DNA of 64,000 bases from an uncultured archaeon (GCA_964632315.1 CAZWEM010000003.1:73823-137822); one strand, 5' to 3'; shown: positions 30,699 to 42,080, counted from the stretch's first letter. Translations and numbers: made by a program. The notes: a model not told the origin generated them from the letters alone.

Positions 30699-32726
30699 AT
30701 GCTTTTATTCAATAATTCTTTCAACGATTCAAGAGAAATCCAAGGATTTAAAAAGAACGAGATTTTAGAGATTAAAAACAAGCTTTTACAGTTTAGGAAC
30801 TCTAATACGGAATTAGGAGAACTAAACGATTATTTAACAGAAATTTTTCACAATGAACCCATAGAATTATTTACCGAATATTTAAAAAAAATTGAGATAT
30901 TTGTGGGAGATTTCCTAGTTCATAGTCGGGAAGAACTCTATTATAATTTAAAAATGCATATAATAAAAGAGTTAGAAATAATTACAAATAATTTAAATAA
31001 CATTTTAGCTAACAATCGTAATGTTAAACGTTTTTTGAAGAATAATGAGTATTTAGATAATTTTTCTATCATAACTAAGGACGCTCTTGAGAGAGCAAAT
31101 GCTCTCTTAAGTATGATAAAGAGAAACATAAAGCAATTTGAAAATTTATTTGATGATGAAGTATACTTATGGATAGAAGCGAATAAAATTAAAAATTTGA
31201 ATTATAAATTCAATGAGATTAAAGATTTAGGTAATTGGGAAGAATTAATTGGTTCAATTAATTTCATCCAGAATTTACACGGAGATGAATCTAGTAAAAA
31301 AAAGCAAAAATTAAACGAAATTACCTTTCATTTTAATGAGTTATATCAATTTTTCGTTGAAAATTACCCTAATGATTTACCCATATACTCTGATCTTATC
31401 TATCTACTTTATCAAAATAATATTATTGAAGATTATTCCAGTGCTGATTTTATAAATGTTTTAGAGAGAAAAGAGATCGTGCAAAATTTAAGAGAAAAAA
31501 TGCAACCTATTGTTGTATCGCTAATCTCGTCTAAATTGCGTCCTATTATTAATGAAATCAAGGACTATAACCAAAAAGAACCATTGGATGAAAATGAAAA
31601 ACTAGATTTTGATAAGATATTTAAACAGAATTTCAGTGAGTTCTTACCACAAATAATAGATTATTATTTTACTGTCTTGGATAAACAACTCCATGATATG
31701 ATGAATAATATAGAAGAAACTTCTACTGGAGATTTTGTTAATGTTATTAAGACATATAGAGAGAAAATTGACGATATAGCTACCAGCATCGATAATGTTG
31801 ATACTTGGATCATGAGATTTGACAGATATCTAGAGCCTTATGAAAATATAACTGAGTCTCTTAAAAAAACAATATCAGGATTAAACAATGAACTTATTAG
31901 GAGAAAGGAGGAATATCAGAATTATCTCAATAGTGTGCGGGACGAAGGTCTACGCCTAGAAGTAAAGAAGTTCATTGATGATAGAATCGACAAAGTGAAT
32001 GAAATGATCAGTGAATATGAAGATAAAGCTTCTCTGATTATAAGGGAAGAATTGCCTCAATTGAGAGAGATAAGAGATCTTTTGCGTGATTATAAAGATA
32101 AAATAAAATCCATCAAATCTGAAGTGTACGATAAATTAAATGAGTACAAGGAAAGAGATATAGATACTTATCAAATAATAAAACATTGGGAAAATAATTT
32201 TAACCGAAAGAAACAACAGTTAACTTTTTTGCTAACAATCTTGCTAAATAAAATTTTTAAGAGTTTTAAAGAATTAATCGATGAAGAATCAATTTTATTT
32301 GCAGAGATTACAGAAATCACTAAACAGGCAGAAAATTTTGAGGGACTTCCGCTTAATTTTGCTCTTTCAGCATTTTTAGCTGATAAATTATCGGAAGAAG
32401 AGCTTAGGGAAAGGATTGCAGAAATGAATGCCAAAATTAAAACTCTAACTTCAAGTTTAGGCTTATATCAAGTAGAACAAGCAAAATTGGAAGAAATTCT
32501 TACAAATAAAGTAAAAGAAAAACAAGGCATTGCTACCTCAGACGTTCAATGCACAGTTTGTCATCAAAATATTAATTTCGCTAAAGACAAACTCATAACT
32601 TGCCCATTTTGCGGTAGTACATATCATTATCTCTGTGTAGCTGCTTGGCTTTCTAAATATAATTCATGCCCCATGTGTCAAAATCATTTTCTTGAGCCTT
32701 TTTCAAATTTATTTGAGAATGATTAA
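30699..32726 (+). CDS. Coiled-coil protein with a C-terminal RING-type zinc finger (candidate E3 ligase)
   Basis: CTVC...CPFCGSTYHYLCVAAWLSKYNSCPMC. Confidence 0.8.
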   Translation: MLLFNNSFNDSREIQGFKKNEILEIKNKLLQFRNSNTELGELNDYLTEIFHNEPIELFTEYLKKIEIFVGDFLVHSREELYYNLKMHIIKELEIITNNLNNILANNRNVKRFLKNNEYLDNFSIITKDALERANALLSMIKRNIKQFENLFDDEVYLWIEANKIKNLNYKFNEIKDLGNWEELIGSINFIQNLHGDESSKKKQKLNEITFHFNELYQFFVENYPNDLPIYSDLIYLLYQNNIIEDYSSADFINVLERKEIVQNLREKMQPIVVSLISSKLRPIINEIKDYNQKEPLDENEKLDFDKIFKQNFSEFLPQIIDYYFTVLDKQLHDMMNNIEETSTGDFVNVIKTYREKIDDIATSIDNVDTWIMRFDRYLEPYENITESLKKTISGLNNELIRRKEEYQNYLNSVRDEGLRLEVKKFIDDRIDKVNEMISEYEDKASLIIREELPQLREIRDLLRDYKDKIKSIKSEVYDKLNEYKERDIDTYQIIKHWENNFNRKKQQLTFLLTILLNKIFKSFKELIDEESILFAEITEITKQAENFEGLPLNFALSAFLADKLSEEELRERIAEMNAKIKTLTSSLGLYQVEQAKLEEILTNKVKEKQGIATSDVQCTVCHQNINFAKDKLITCPFCGSTYHYLCVAAWLSKYNSCPMCQNHFLEPFSNLFEND

Positions 32727-32821
32727 TTTAGATGGTACTAAATGTTCCATCTTGGATCTAGTGAGTTATTGAATTGAATATAAATTCTCATATGGATTAA
32801 GGTTAAAAAAAAGTTGCGATA

Positions 32822-33703
32822 TTATGAGATTTGAATTTCAAATACCCGATCAAGAAATCCCTTTATTTGCCTACTAGATTTGGGATCGCTATTAAATGTA
32901 GTATAAAGATAATTTGCCAAAAATATCTTAATTTCAGCCTGTAAATCACTTAATCGAATAAATTCATAGCCATTCTCTAATTGATGTTCGTTTACTAAAG
33001 GCTTTATGTGAGAGTTGATTAGGAAGAATACAAATTTTACCAAAATTCCATTAATCATATCTTCTTCTTCAAGGGATAATTCATAATCACCTTGGACTAT
33101 CTGGTTTTTAATGTTATTAAGCTGTAACAATATTAATTCTACCTCTTTAGGAAGATTCAACTTCCTGATCTTATTTGGCATGTCATAAACTTTTGTGAGA
33201 TTTAATGTCTTATTGCAGTAGTTATCTAAATTAGTGAAAAACCTCACTAGGAATTTAAAATTATCCTTAATCGCATATAAATTTTCCCAGTTATCCATAT
33301 TAATATCATTTAACGTTTCTTCGATTTCATTTGAAACTCTTTCTGTAATTTCTCGCAAGTATTGTGAATAATCACCGTATTCGAAACCAAAGTAGTAATT
33401 ATTATACTTTTCAGCCAGTTCAATACTTTTCATATTGTGGGTCTGAACCTTTTCTTTTCTAACTATTTCTTTGACAAATTTCATAATATAATTACATTTT
33501 GGACAATAGGTGACCCAGGTTCCTAAAATTACTTCTGGTGGTTTTATACTTCCCATAGCTAGATACCCATTGAATCCTGAGGAAAATTTTTTTTGATCTG
33601 GAGTTGAAAATATCGCATCTTCAGGATAAAATGTTCGTGGAATAAATTGATTCTCGCATAGGGGGCATTTAATCATTGGTTTTTCATTTATAGTTGCAGT
33701 CAT
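32822..33703 (-). CDS. Hypothetical protein with an N-terminal zinc-binding module
   Basis: CPLC ... CPKC. Confidence 0.7.
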   Translation of the reverse strand: MTATINEKPMIKCPLCENQFIPRTFYPEDAIFSTPDQKKFSSGFNGYLAMGSIKPPEVILGTWVTYCPKCNYIMKFVKEIVRKEKVQTHNMKSIELAEKYNNYYFGFEYGDYSQYLREITERVSNEIEETLNDINMDNWENLYAIKDNFKFLVRFFTNLDNYCNKTLNLTKVYDMPNKIRKLNLPKEVELILLQLNNIKNQIVQGDYELSLEEEDMINGILVKFVFFLINSHIKPLVNEHQLENGYEFIRLSDLQAEIKIFLANYLYTTFNSDPKSSRQIKGFLDRVFEIQIS

Positions 33704-33890
33704 AATTCCTAATTGAATGGTTTATAATTAATTTAATAAAAAAATATATCGAACGAGAGTTCTTAACTAGATCAGCAAATTTCGAAATTTATATTCTTAT
33801 AATAAGAAGATTTCAAAATCTTATTATTTTCATGTGATATGAGGGTGTTATTATGGTATTATATTCTCGAAAGCAAGAAATTTTTTTTCT

Positions 33891-34553
33891 TTATAAGACA
33901 GTGGTTGGTATGGTTATAAAAGCACTGAACATCATATAAATCCCAAAAATGATCATGAACAATCCACATGCTAGTAAAACATACTGAAATATCTTAGGAT
34001 TGAGTGATCTACCTCCTAAATGAATAAAAACAGAAACAGGCAAATACCACACGATATCGCCAAGCTCATGCCCTATAAAAAATAGCAGAAGGCCAAGGGG
34101 ATTATAAAATCCAATATTTAAATTAATCATTAATCCCACTCCTATTACTGCCCACCAAAGTTCCCAAAATGGATTTGAAATACTTACAACGATCCCTCCA
34201 ACAAAACTATTTCCCTTGAACCCTTTCATCTGGTTTTCTACCTCAAAGTTAATCTCAATTCTGTTTCGATGCACATTTTTGATGAGGAGAATTCCTAAAA
34301 TCATTAAAAAAATTCCCCCCAACACGCCAACAACAATTAAAAACATAGCATTTTGGAAAATTACAGTAGCTCCAGCTAGAAGAATCAGTATTAATGTTAA
34401 TTCTATTGTCGCATGACCAAGTAAAATAAAAACCGTTGCTATATAGCCCTTCTTTTCTTTCAATGATTTATAGATGGTAAAGGTTAGTAGTGGTCCCGGG
34501 GAAAGCGCTCCCGTTAAAGCTACTAAAAACGAAAACAGAAGAATTTCTAGCAT
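33891..34553 (-). CDS. LysE-family translocator
   Basis: GALSPGPL, GHATIE and SNPFW motifs. Confidence 0.9.
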   Translation of the reverse strand: MLEILLFSFLVALTGALSPGPLLTFTIYKSLKEKKGYIATVFILLGHATIELTLILILLAGATVIFQNAMFLIVVGVLGGIFLMILGILLIKNVHRNRIEINFEVENQMKGFKGNSFVGGIVVSISNPFWELWWAVIGVGLMINLNIGFYNPLGLLLFFIGHELGDIVWYLPVSVFIHLGGRSLNPKIFQYVLLACGLFMIIFGIYMMFSAFITIPTTVL

Positions 34554-34556
34554 AAT

Positions 34557-35171
34557 TTAACTAGGAAGCAACCTCATGATAAGCCAAACAATAACAAATA
34601 TTACGATCAAAATAGGAATCATAAATAGCAGGAACATGTATGATCCTTTTATCATCTCCTTTTGCCACGTTTTTAACCCTTTCTCCCAGTCATGTTTCGT
34701 TTGTTCTCTCCACTCTCGAAAATCCTGGTTGATTTTTTGTTTTCGTGACTCCCACTGTTCAGCTGATTCCTTTTGTTTTTGTTGAATGTCTTGATTCCAT
34801 TTTTTTAATTGGGCATCCCATTTTGCCTGGGAGTCTTGAAAAAAACTCGAAATTTTTTCTTTGTTTTTTTGCCATTCTTCTTGATTTTCACGCTGAAATT
34901 TCTCCATTTCAGTAGAAAAATTGTTCAAGTCCCTTTCCCACGATTCTCCAAGACCTTTAAAGAATTTATCAATGTTTTGCTTGTTATTTTCCCAGTTTTC
35001 TTGATTTTCTTTTGATCCTTCCTCTATTGTTTGTTTTAAATTCACTAATCCCTCATTTATTTCTTTCACAAACCCATTCCAAGCTTGAAGAAATACATTT
35101 TTTGAAGATTCATCTTGTCGCTTTTCTATTTTTTGTTCATTGTCATACGGTAAATTCTTTTCTGAACTCAT
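34557..35171 (-). CDS. Amphipathic-helix (apolipoprotein-like) protein with a C-terminal TM anchor
   Basis: W-periodic charged helical repeats and a tail-anchor TM helix. Confidence 0.65.
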   Translation of the reverse strand: MSSEKNLPYDNEQKIEKRQDESSKNVFLQAWNGFVKEINEGLVNLKQTIEEGSKENQENWENNKQNIDKFFKGLGESWERDLNNFSTEMEKFQRENQEEWQKNKEKISSFFQDSQAKWDAQLKKWNQDIQQKQKESAEQWESRKQKINQDFREWREQTKHDWEKGLKTWQKEMIKGSYMFLLFMIPILIVIFVIVWLIMRLLPS

Positions 35172-35254
35172 AGGTTGTTATTAAGATTTTGATACTTAAA
35201 TATTTATTTCATGTGTAATTCATACAACAGATAATTAAATAAAGAGAAATATGT

Positions 35255-36634
35255 ATGGAATTCAACCTACTTCCTAAAACTCCCCTCTATAAAGCATTTT
35301 CAGATGTTGGAAAACGGATTTATTTATCAGATGGAATTTTTTATTGGTCTGGAAGGGCTAAAAAGGAGGCTGAATATTCAGCGACTCTTGGAGCTGCTTA
35401 TGGATATGAAAAAGATTTCATCCCCGGAGGATCATCTGAGTGGCTCCCTTGCTACTTAAATAGTGTTCATTCTCAATTTCAAGATTTTAACATTAATAAT
35501 TTAGTTCCATATGCTCCAATACCCGGAGTGGCTAATTTAAGGTCTGTCTGGAAAGATATAATAGTGAAGAAATGTCCTTTCAATCATCCTAATGAAATTC
35601 AATTCTTAAAAGATTACACCACGCTTCCTATTATTACAAACGGAGTTACAAATGCTATCTTTTCATCTTTTATGATGTTTTTAGATCCTAATGAAAGCGT
35701 TATTATTCCAAACAAAAGATGGGGCAATTATGACAATATTATTAAGTTGTTAGGAGGAAAAATTAAGTCATTCCAGTTTTTTCACGAGGGAAAATTGAAT
35801 GTAAGTGGGTTAAAAGAAGTTTTAGAAGAAACAGCAAGACATCAGGAGAAACTGATTATCCTTCTCAATTTTCCTAATAATCCAACTGGATATGTTCCAA
35901 CTTATGAAGAAAAAGATGCGATAGTAGAACTTTTAATTGAAATCAATAATGAGTTTAAGATCCCTATTGTTGTATTGGTTGATGATGCATATGAACCCTA
36001 TGTTTTTAATAAGAATAGAGTAAAGCATTCAATTTTTTATGATTTACAAAAATTGAATGAAAATATCATCCCAGTTAAACTTGATGGAGTCACTAAGGAA
36101 TTATTACTATATGGAGCTCGTATAGGATTTATTACAATAGGATTAAAATCAAAATGGGTAGAAGGCGTAGGAGATTTACAAATCTTAAAAAATGAGATAG
36201 ATAATAAGCTTTCTGGGTTGATAAGGAGTACTATTTCTAATTGTAATCATTTATATCAAGTAATCATTCAAAAACTTTTGAATGAACAAGGTATTGAACA
36301 GTTATCATTAGAAAGAAAAAAAATTCAAGATCTACTTCAAACTCGTTACGAAACTATAAACAAGCAGATGGGTTTAATTAACATCCCTGGAATTTCAATT
36401 GACCCTAATGGTGGAGGATTTTTCATTTTCGTTAATATCGATCCCAACATAGTAAAAGCCAATATTTTTGCAGATTTTTTATTAAAGAAATATAAAGTTG
36501 GCATTATTCCAATAGAAAAGCCAGAAGAAAATATCAATGGAATTCGCATAGCTTATTGTTCAATCAACCTTGATCAAATACCCGAATTCATTCAACGCAT
36601 TAAATCAGCTTTTCTAGATTTTATTGTTAAATAA
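35255..36634 (+). CDS. PLP-dependent aminotransferase class I/II
   Basis: NFPNNPTGY, DDAY and DGVTKE...GARIGF motifs. Confidence 0.9.
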   Translation: MEFNLLPKTPLYKAFSDVGKRIYLSDGIFYWSGRAKKEAEYSATLGAAYGYEKDFIPGGSSEWLPCYLNSVHSQFQDFNINNLVPYAPIPGVANLRSVWKDIIVKKCPFNHPNEIQFLKDYTTLPIITNGVTNAIFSSFMMFLDPNESVIIPNKRWGNYDNIIKLLGGKIKSFQFFHEGKLNVSGLKEVLEETARHQEKLIILLNFPNNPTGYVPTYEEKDAIVELLIEINNEFKIPIVVLVDDAYEPYVFNKNRVKHSIFYDLQKLNENIIPVKLDGVTKELLLYGARIGFITIGLKSKWVEGVGDLQILKNEIDNKLSGLIRSTISNCNHLYQVIIQKLLNEQGIEQLSLERKKIQDLLQTRYETINKQMGLINIPGISIDPNGGGFFIFVNIDPNIVKANIFADFLLKKYKVGIIPIEKPEENINGIRIAYCSINLDQIPEFIQRIKSAFLDFIVK

Positions 36635-36728
36635 AACTTAGGTTTTTATTTCTAATTATTTAAAAATATTGAGTTTATTATGTAATGTAACTTCTTAAAA
36701 AAAAATCAACTTAATTAAGTGAAATATA

Positions 36729-37736
36729 ATGAAATTATATTTGGTTAATCAAGGACAACTCCAAGAAATAAATAATCCGATCTTTTCCACTGGTGATGTA
36801 TATTTAGTTGATGATGATAGGACGATCTATGTCTGGATTGGAAACAAATGTTCAGTTGATGAAAAAACTGCTGGAGCAGCCCAAGCACGTACTTTAGATC
36901 AGCAAAGAGGGGGAGCAGCAAAAATTATTACTATTGATCAAAACCAAGAAACAGCTGAATTTCTCAAACTCATATCTTCAATGGGAGCGATGAAAGTGGT
37001 CGAGAAAAATGTCGCTCGAACCATGCTAAAGGATGTTGTTACAGGTGATTATGCTCAATTTAATGAGCACATTAATGTTTTATATAGAGTATCTTCTGAA
37101 GAGTTTGAAGGAATTGATGCAATGAAAATGGTACAAGTACCTTACGTTAGAGAGAGTTTAGATACAGAAGATTGTTTTGTATTAGATTTAGGTAACAAAA
37201 TATATGTTTGGCAGGGCAATGCTTGTAATGTAAAAGAAAAAGTAAAATCGGGACAATGGGCTCGTCAAATTGATGCAGAGCGAGCAGGTTTGCAAAATGA
37301 AACGATTTTTGAAGAAGGTGACGACGTTGAGTTTATCAATGCTCTCCAAAAGGGAGAAAATTATAAAGAATCAGATGCATTTCAATTACGAGCAGAATCA
37401 GAATTAGAACCTGAAACCGAAGCAGATAAAATGGCAGAATCCATCCAACCAGAGCATAAAGCTACAATCTCAGATGTCACGCCTGAACAGATAAAACAAG
37501 AGATAAAAGCAGTAAGTGCATCAAGTGCTGGTCCAGGAATTCCTGGTGCAGTTGACGATTCAATTCTCACTATTGAGAAAAGTGATGGTCGCCGAGTTTG
37601 TCCAAAATGCGGGAATGAAAATAAAATGTCCATTCACGAATCAGTTGATAAAAGCAATATCATATTAGATTATCCGAGAGTATACGGTAAAAAGTACCGC
37701 TGTGGTGAATGTGGAATCGAATGGCGGGAAAAATAG
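36729..37736 (+). CDS. Two-domain gelsolin-like actin regulator with a C-terminal zinc ribbon
   Basis: GDVYLVD..IYVWIG..CSVDEK and DCFVLD..IYVWQG gelsolin repeats; CPKC...CGEC tail. Confidence 0.88.
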   Translation: MKLYLVNQGQLQEINNPIFSTGDVYLVDDDRTIYVWIGNKCSVDEKTAGAAQARTLDQQRGGAAKIITIDQNQETAEFLKLISSMGAMKVVEKNVARTMLKDVVTGDYAQFNEHINVLYRVSSEEFEGIDAMKMVQVPYVRESLDTEDCFVLDLGNKIYVWQGNACNVKEKVKSGQWARQIDAERAGLQNETIFEEGDDVEFINALQKGENYKESDAFQLRAESELEPETEADKMAESIQPEHKATISDVTPEQIKQEIKAVSASSAGPGIPGAVDDSILTIEKSDGRRVCPKCGNENKMSIHESVDKSNIILDYPRVYGKKYRCGECGIEWREK

Positions 37737-37788
37737 CTAGATAATTTTATTTCTTTTCTATTTTTATCAATTTGAATATAAAATCATT

Positions 37789-39012
37789 TCAACTTTTTTG
37801 TAAATCTCGTCTAAGCATCTTGATTTTTTTCTTTAAATCAACAATCTCAATATCCTTATTCTCAAGTTGAGATTCCATTTTTAAATTTTTATCCTTAACT
37901 GTCTGGATTTCTGTTAAAAGTCTATCTTCGATCTGTTCTGCTTCATATAATTTGTTTTCTAACCTGGTTTTATTGCCTGCCAATTCTCGAATTTCAACGT
38001 CTTTATCATCTATAATGCTTCTTAAATTTGAGAGTTCTAATTCGAATTTGCCTGTAATATTTCCAGATTTTTCTTGGCTTTCTTCTAATTTTTGTTGTAA
38101 CCTTCCAATAAATTCTTCATTCGTGATATTTTTTTGGTTTAATTTTTCAACTTCTAAGACCAATTCATTTATCCTTTCTTCTTTCTTTTCCACATCTTTC
38201 TTTACTAAACTAAATGTTTCGAGTTGTTGCTGTAATTCCTGTAATTTTTGATTTTGAGATTGAAAAGTATTTTGCATTTCAAAAATCTCTTTCTCCTTTT
38301 CAGTGATCAATTCATCCTTGACTTGTAATTCATTTCTAATTTTTTCGTACTTAGATTTATTGATCGTATCTTCTTCTAAATATTGTAATTGTTCCTTCAA
38401 CTCTATAATCTGCTTATCTTTTTCTTCTAGTGAATGAGTTAAATCTTCTGTAGATTTAAATTTGGTTTGATTTTCTTCTAATTCATCTGTTAAAGATTGG
38501 ATTTTTTGACTTTGATCATCTATGATACGATTGGATTTATCAATTTCTTTATTTAAATTTTCAATTGTCTTGTTCTTCTCATCTACAATAAATTTTAATT
38601 CTTCTAATTGAGATTCATTTTCTCTAATTTTAAGCTTCAATTGTTCTTCTTGTGAAGCGTCGGATGCCTCTTGAACCTGCCTTTCTAAATTTTTTATCTT
38701 TTCATCTTTTTCTGTAATACTCTGTAATAGATTTTCAATTGTATCATTATTTTTAATAACTATTTGTTGAGATGTCTCTTTTTCACGTATGAGCTCAGAA
38801 AGTTCTTGCATTAAATTTTCTGTTTCTGTTTGACTTTTTTCAATCTCAGTCTTTAATTTATCATTTTCTTCTTTAAGAAAACGTAATTGTTCTTCTAATT
38901 CTTGTTCATCTTTCTGAATTCCCTCATCTTCTGGTTCTTTTTCTTCAACCCAACCAAGAGAGCTTAAGGCATCGACGATTGATTTATCTTCGTCTTCGTG
39001 ATCTTCGGGCAT
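37789..39012 (-). CDS. Long coiled-coil protein
   Basis: E/K/Q-rich heptads over ~370 aa. Confidence 0.8.
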   Translation of the reverse strand: MPEDHEDEDKSIVDALSSLGWVEEKEPEDEGIQKDEQELEEQLRFLKEENDKLKTEIEKSQTETENLMQELSELIREKETSQQIVIKNNDTIENLLQSITEKDEKIKNLERQVQEASDASQEEQLKLKIRENESQLEELKFIVDEKNKTIENLNKEIDKSNRIIDDQSQKIQSLTDELEENQTKFKSTEDLTHSLEEKDKQIIELKEQLQYLEEDTINKSKYEKIRNELQVKDELITEKEKEIFEMQNTFQSQNQKLQELQQQLETFSLVKKDVEKKEERINELVLEVEKLNQKNITNEEFIGRLQQKLEESQEKSGNITGKFELELSNLRSIIDDKDVEIRELAGNKTRLENKLYEAEQIEDRLLTEIQTVKDKNLKMESQLENKDIEIVDLKKKIKMLRRDLQKS

Positions 39013-39141
39013 ATTATAAAAAACGCGTTTTGATCTATTAAATTTTATGTTAATTAATATCGAATTTAAACTTAATATATCTTATCAAATTAATCCAAAG
39101 GATGCATAAATCGCCTTAGAAAGGAGGACTACAAAAGAAAA

Positions 39142-39633
39142 TCACAATTCTTCTATAATAATATTATTTTGAAACACATATGTTCTATCTAAAAAGAATT
39201 TGGTCAAATATCCTATTGGAAGTGCGATAAAAACACTTAAATCTAAGGGTAAATTGAAGAAATTTTCTAATATAAATTGAATTCCAAGATTTTCAAGCGT
39301 TGTTAAAATAGCGAACATGAAATATTTTACGAATTCTTTTGAAGTTTGTTTCAATTTTTTACTCATTGCCTTAAAAACAAGGAATTTATCAAGAAAAAAT
39401 TTTATTAGGTAGGTAATTCCTACAGCTAAAACGGATCCAATAAAATGTGACATTTTAGGTTCTTGAGTACAATAGAGAACTTGAAACCAATCAATCCCTG
39501 CAAAACTTGAGCATAGGGTTGGAGCAATAAATTGATTTAACTTTTGAATACCATAGTTCAATCCAATCATTAAAGCTGCAAATGTAAAATAGAGTAACAT
39601 TTGTCTTTTTATATCATTATTTTTACGTTCCAT
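39142..39633 (-). CDS. GtrA-like membrane protein
   Basis: Duplicated KFFLD.x.VF motif; 4 TM helices. Confidence 0.7.
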   Translation of the reverse strand: MERKNNDIKRQMLLYFTFAALMIGLNYGIQKLNQFIAPTLCSSFAGIDWFQVLYCTQEPKMSHFIGSVLAVGITYLIKFFLDKFLVFKAMSKKLKQTSKEFVKYFMFAILTTLENLGIQFILENFFNLPLDLSVFIALPIGYLTKFFLDRTYVFQNNIIIEEL

Positions 39634-39660
39634 ATTAACTCTACACTCAAAATGAGTAGT

Positions 39661-40002
39661 TTACTTTACTAATTTCTTTCCACAATTTGGACAATATCTA
39701 AGATTTTCTTCTTCTATAAGAAAATGACATTTTGAACACCTCTTTCCCTTATCATCATATGACTCTACATCCAAATCTACAAACGGAGCAGTTTCTCCAG
39801 GTGCTCGTGTCTCCTCATCTTGTGTATAGTCTTCATTTGACTGTTCCTCATGATTTTCAACCCGTAATCGAGATCTACTAAAACAATAAGGTACGATGAT
39901 TAGGATTGGAGTTAACCAGAATTCTCCAAATAAGAAAAATAGCACTAAACTTGCTGCAGTTATAATTAGACCAATAATCATCAAAATTTTATTTAATCTC
40001 AT
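39661..40002 (-). CDS. Membrane-anchored zinc-ribbon protein
   Basis: N-terminal TMs; CSKC...CPNCG. Confidence 0.75.
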   Translation of the reverse strand: MRLNKILMIIGLIITAASLVLFFLFGEFWLTPILIIVPYCFSRSRLRVENHEEQSNEDYTQDEETRAPGETAPFVDLDVESYDDKGKRCSKCHFLIEEENLRYCPNCGKKLVK

Positions 40003-40069
40003 TTTTCAAGGTTTTTAAATGTGATATCCAAAATTTTTAAGTTTATTCTCGATCTTAATAGTCAAATTA

Positions 40070-40666
40070 TTAATTTTTAATTCTTTCTTTCCAAGAGTCA
40101 CTACGAGCTCCATTTGTGCCTAAATTCTCTTCGTGGGAATCGATCTGGAAAATTTCTTGAGGTTCGGCAGAGTTTCTTGAGAGAATGTTTCTTACCTCAG
40201 TTACATCGCTTTTGGGAGCATTTTCTTTTCCCGTAATTTTTCTATAACCCCACCTTGTTAAGTAGATCACTAAAGTAAGTCCAAAGGAAAAGAGAAAGTA
40301 TACAGCAATCCATCCATCACCAAAGAAAAGAAGTGGAAAAGGAAGTAAAGCTCCATAAGGATTATAAAAAATTCCAATGATCGCGAATATTATCCAAAAA
40401 ACGATACATCTCGCGCATGAGGGTAAAATCTGTTTTTTCATCATTTCTTTAGTTAACTGCATTGATTCCTGTTGTAAACTATAGAATTGTTGCGTATCAG
40501 AAGTTAATTGCGCATTTTTCATTCTCTCCTGAAGATTTTTTGTTTTCTCTCTAAATTCTTTAGAACTTTTAGGACTAATCCCCATTATTTTATTTAATAG
40601 CAAGCTAAAGACAACCATACCTAGCGTTATAAAAAAGATTTGGAGGATAATAAACTCATTTGCCAT
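40070..40666 (-). CDS. EMC3/TMCO1 (DUF106, Oxa1 superfamily)-like membrane protein
   Basis: TM, coiled coil, then two TMs; LPFP...GWIAVYFL motif. Confidence 0.7.
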   Translation of the reverse strand: MANEFIILQIFFITLGMVVFSLLLNKIMGISPKSSKEFREKTKNLQERMKNAQLTSDTQQFYSLQQESMQLTKEMMKKQILPSCARCIVFWIIFAIIGIFYNPYGALLPFPLLFFGDGWIAVYFLFSFGLTLVIYLTRWGYRKITGKENAPKSDVTEVRNILSRNSAEPQEIFQIDSHEENLGTNGARSDSWKERIKN

Positions 40667-40755
40667 TAATTCATCACTAAGTTATGAAATATGCTAATTT
40701 AATTAAGTTTTATCATATAAGGCTTTAAATTAAACGGTTAAACACTCATAAATTT

Positions 40756-41868
40756 TTATTTAAGATTACCTCTTAAATATCCCATAATAAATTTGGATGC
40801 TAGAGTTTTCCAACGAGCAGGCATCGAAGATGCAATAGCACATCCAAGTCTGCATTCTTTACAAAATTCAAAATCGTCGTGCTTATTCATAATTTCTCTT
40901 GCTTCTAATGAATTATAGATTTTTGAAATAGGAATCTTCAAGGCATTGAAACTTTTTATGGGATGAATTTTGCACGGAAAATCTATAAAACCATCATATC
41001 TGACAAATAAATATGCTTCTGCCACATGACATCTTAGTAATTCTTGATTATATTTGGGATTTCCTCCAAATCCTCCTCTTTGGACAACAGCAACGCTTAT
41101 CGGGTCGGTTAGAATATTATTGAAATCCTTTCTTAAATTATCAATAGTATTCGCCCACAATGATAAGTCAGGAATTAAATTTTCAATATTTTTCACAATA
41201 TAACGATTATTTGGAAAGTCTCTAATAATATTTTCACAGGGAAATATTTCTATCGAGCAATTCAGACTTTCAGCTAATTCACAGATTTCTCGAAGGTATT
41301 TAAAATTTTGTTTCATAACTACAGTACTTAAAATGACTTTTATGTCACGCTGGTTCGCAAGATTTATTGTTTCTATAACTCTATCAAAAACATTTATCCC
41401 TCGTATTTTATCATGTTGTTCTTTAAAGGGATAATCTAAAGATATTAGTAAGTAGTCTAAGCCACTTAATTTGCCATTTTGTTTAAATAATTTAGGCATT
41501 AGGTAACCATTGGTTGCGACACCAATCATTAAATCATGTTCAACCCCAGCATGATAAATTAATTCGGGAAGATCATTTCTTAACGTAGGTTCTCCTCCAG
41601 TGAAAGATAAAGAATTCACCCCTAAACTAGAAATTTGATCAATAAGACATTTTACTTGCTTTGTAGACATCTCTTTTGAAATGTCATTTTCTTCCATCAT
41701 AGGGAATGAACAAAACGGACAAGAGGCATTACATCGTAATGTTAATTCAATTTGAGCAGAATAGGGTATTTTCTTTGAGGTAAATTTATTCAAGGTGAAA
41801 TTTTTCATATATCTTAACCAATTCTTACCTCTCATTGGCGGAATTAAGTTCACCCTAAAAGATGTCAA
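40756..41868 (-). CDS. Radical SAM protein
   Basis: CNASCPFC, FTGGEPTLR and TNG motifs; C-terminal Cys cluster. Confidence 0.92.
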   Translation of the reverse strand: MTSFRVNLIPPMRGKNWLRYMKNFTLNKFTSKKIPYSAQIELTLRCNASCPFCSFPMMEENDISKEMSTKQVKCLIDQISSLGVNSLSFTGGEPTLRNDLPELIYHAGVEHDLMIGVATNGYLMPKLFKQNGKLSGLDYLLISLDYPFKEQHDKIRGINVFDRVIETINLANQRDIKVILSTVVMKQNFKYLREICELAESLNCSIEIFPCENIIRDFPNNRYIVKNIENLIPDLSLWANTIDNLRKDFNNILTDPISVAVVQRGGFGGNPKYNQELLRCHVAEAYLFVRYDGFIDFPCKIHPIKSFNALKIPISKIYNSLEAREIMNKHDDFEFCKECRLGCAIASSMPARWKTLASKFIMGYLRGNLK

Positions 41869-42080
41869 ATAAATTGATTAAAAGATAATAAATGTTCGAA
41901 TAAATTAATAAATTCAATCATGATTAAAAACCTAACTCATATCAATATTAGCACCTTAAATTGAAAAAATAATTGAACCAAAGTGACTTAGAATAGTATC
42001 GAGAATGAAAAACATTTTTAAATAGAAAAATGGATGTCATTACTTCATTTTAAAAAATGAGGAAAAAAAGAGAATAAAAT

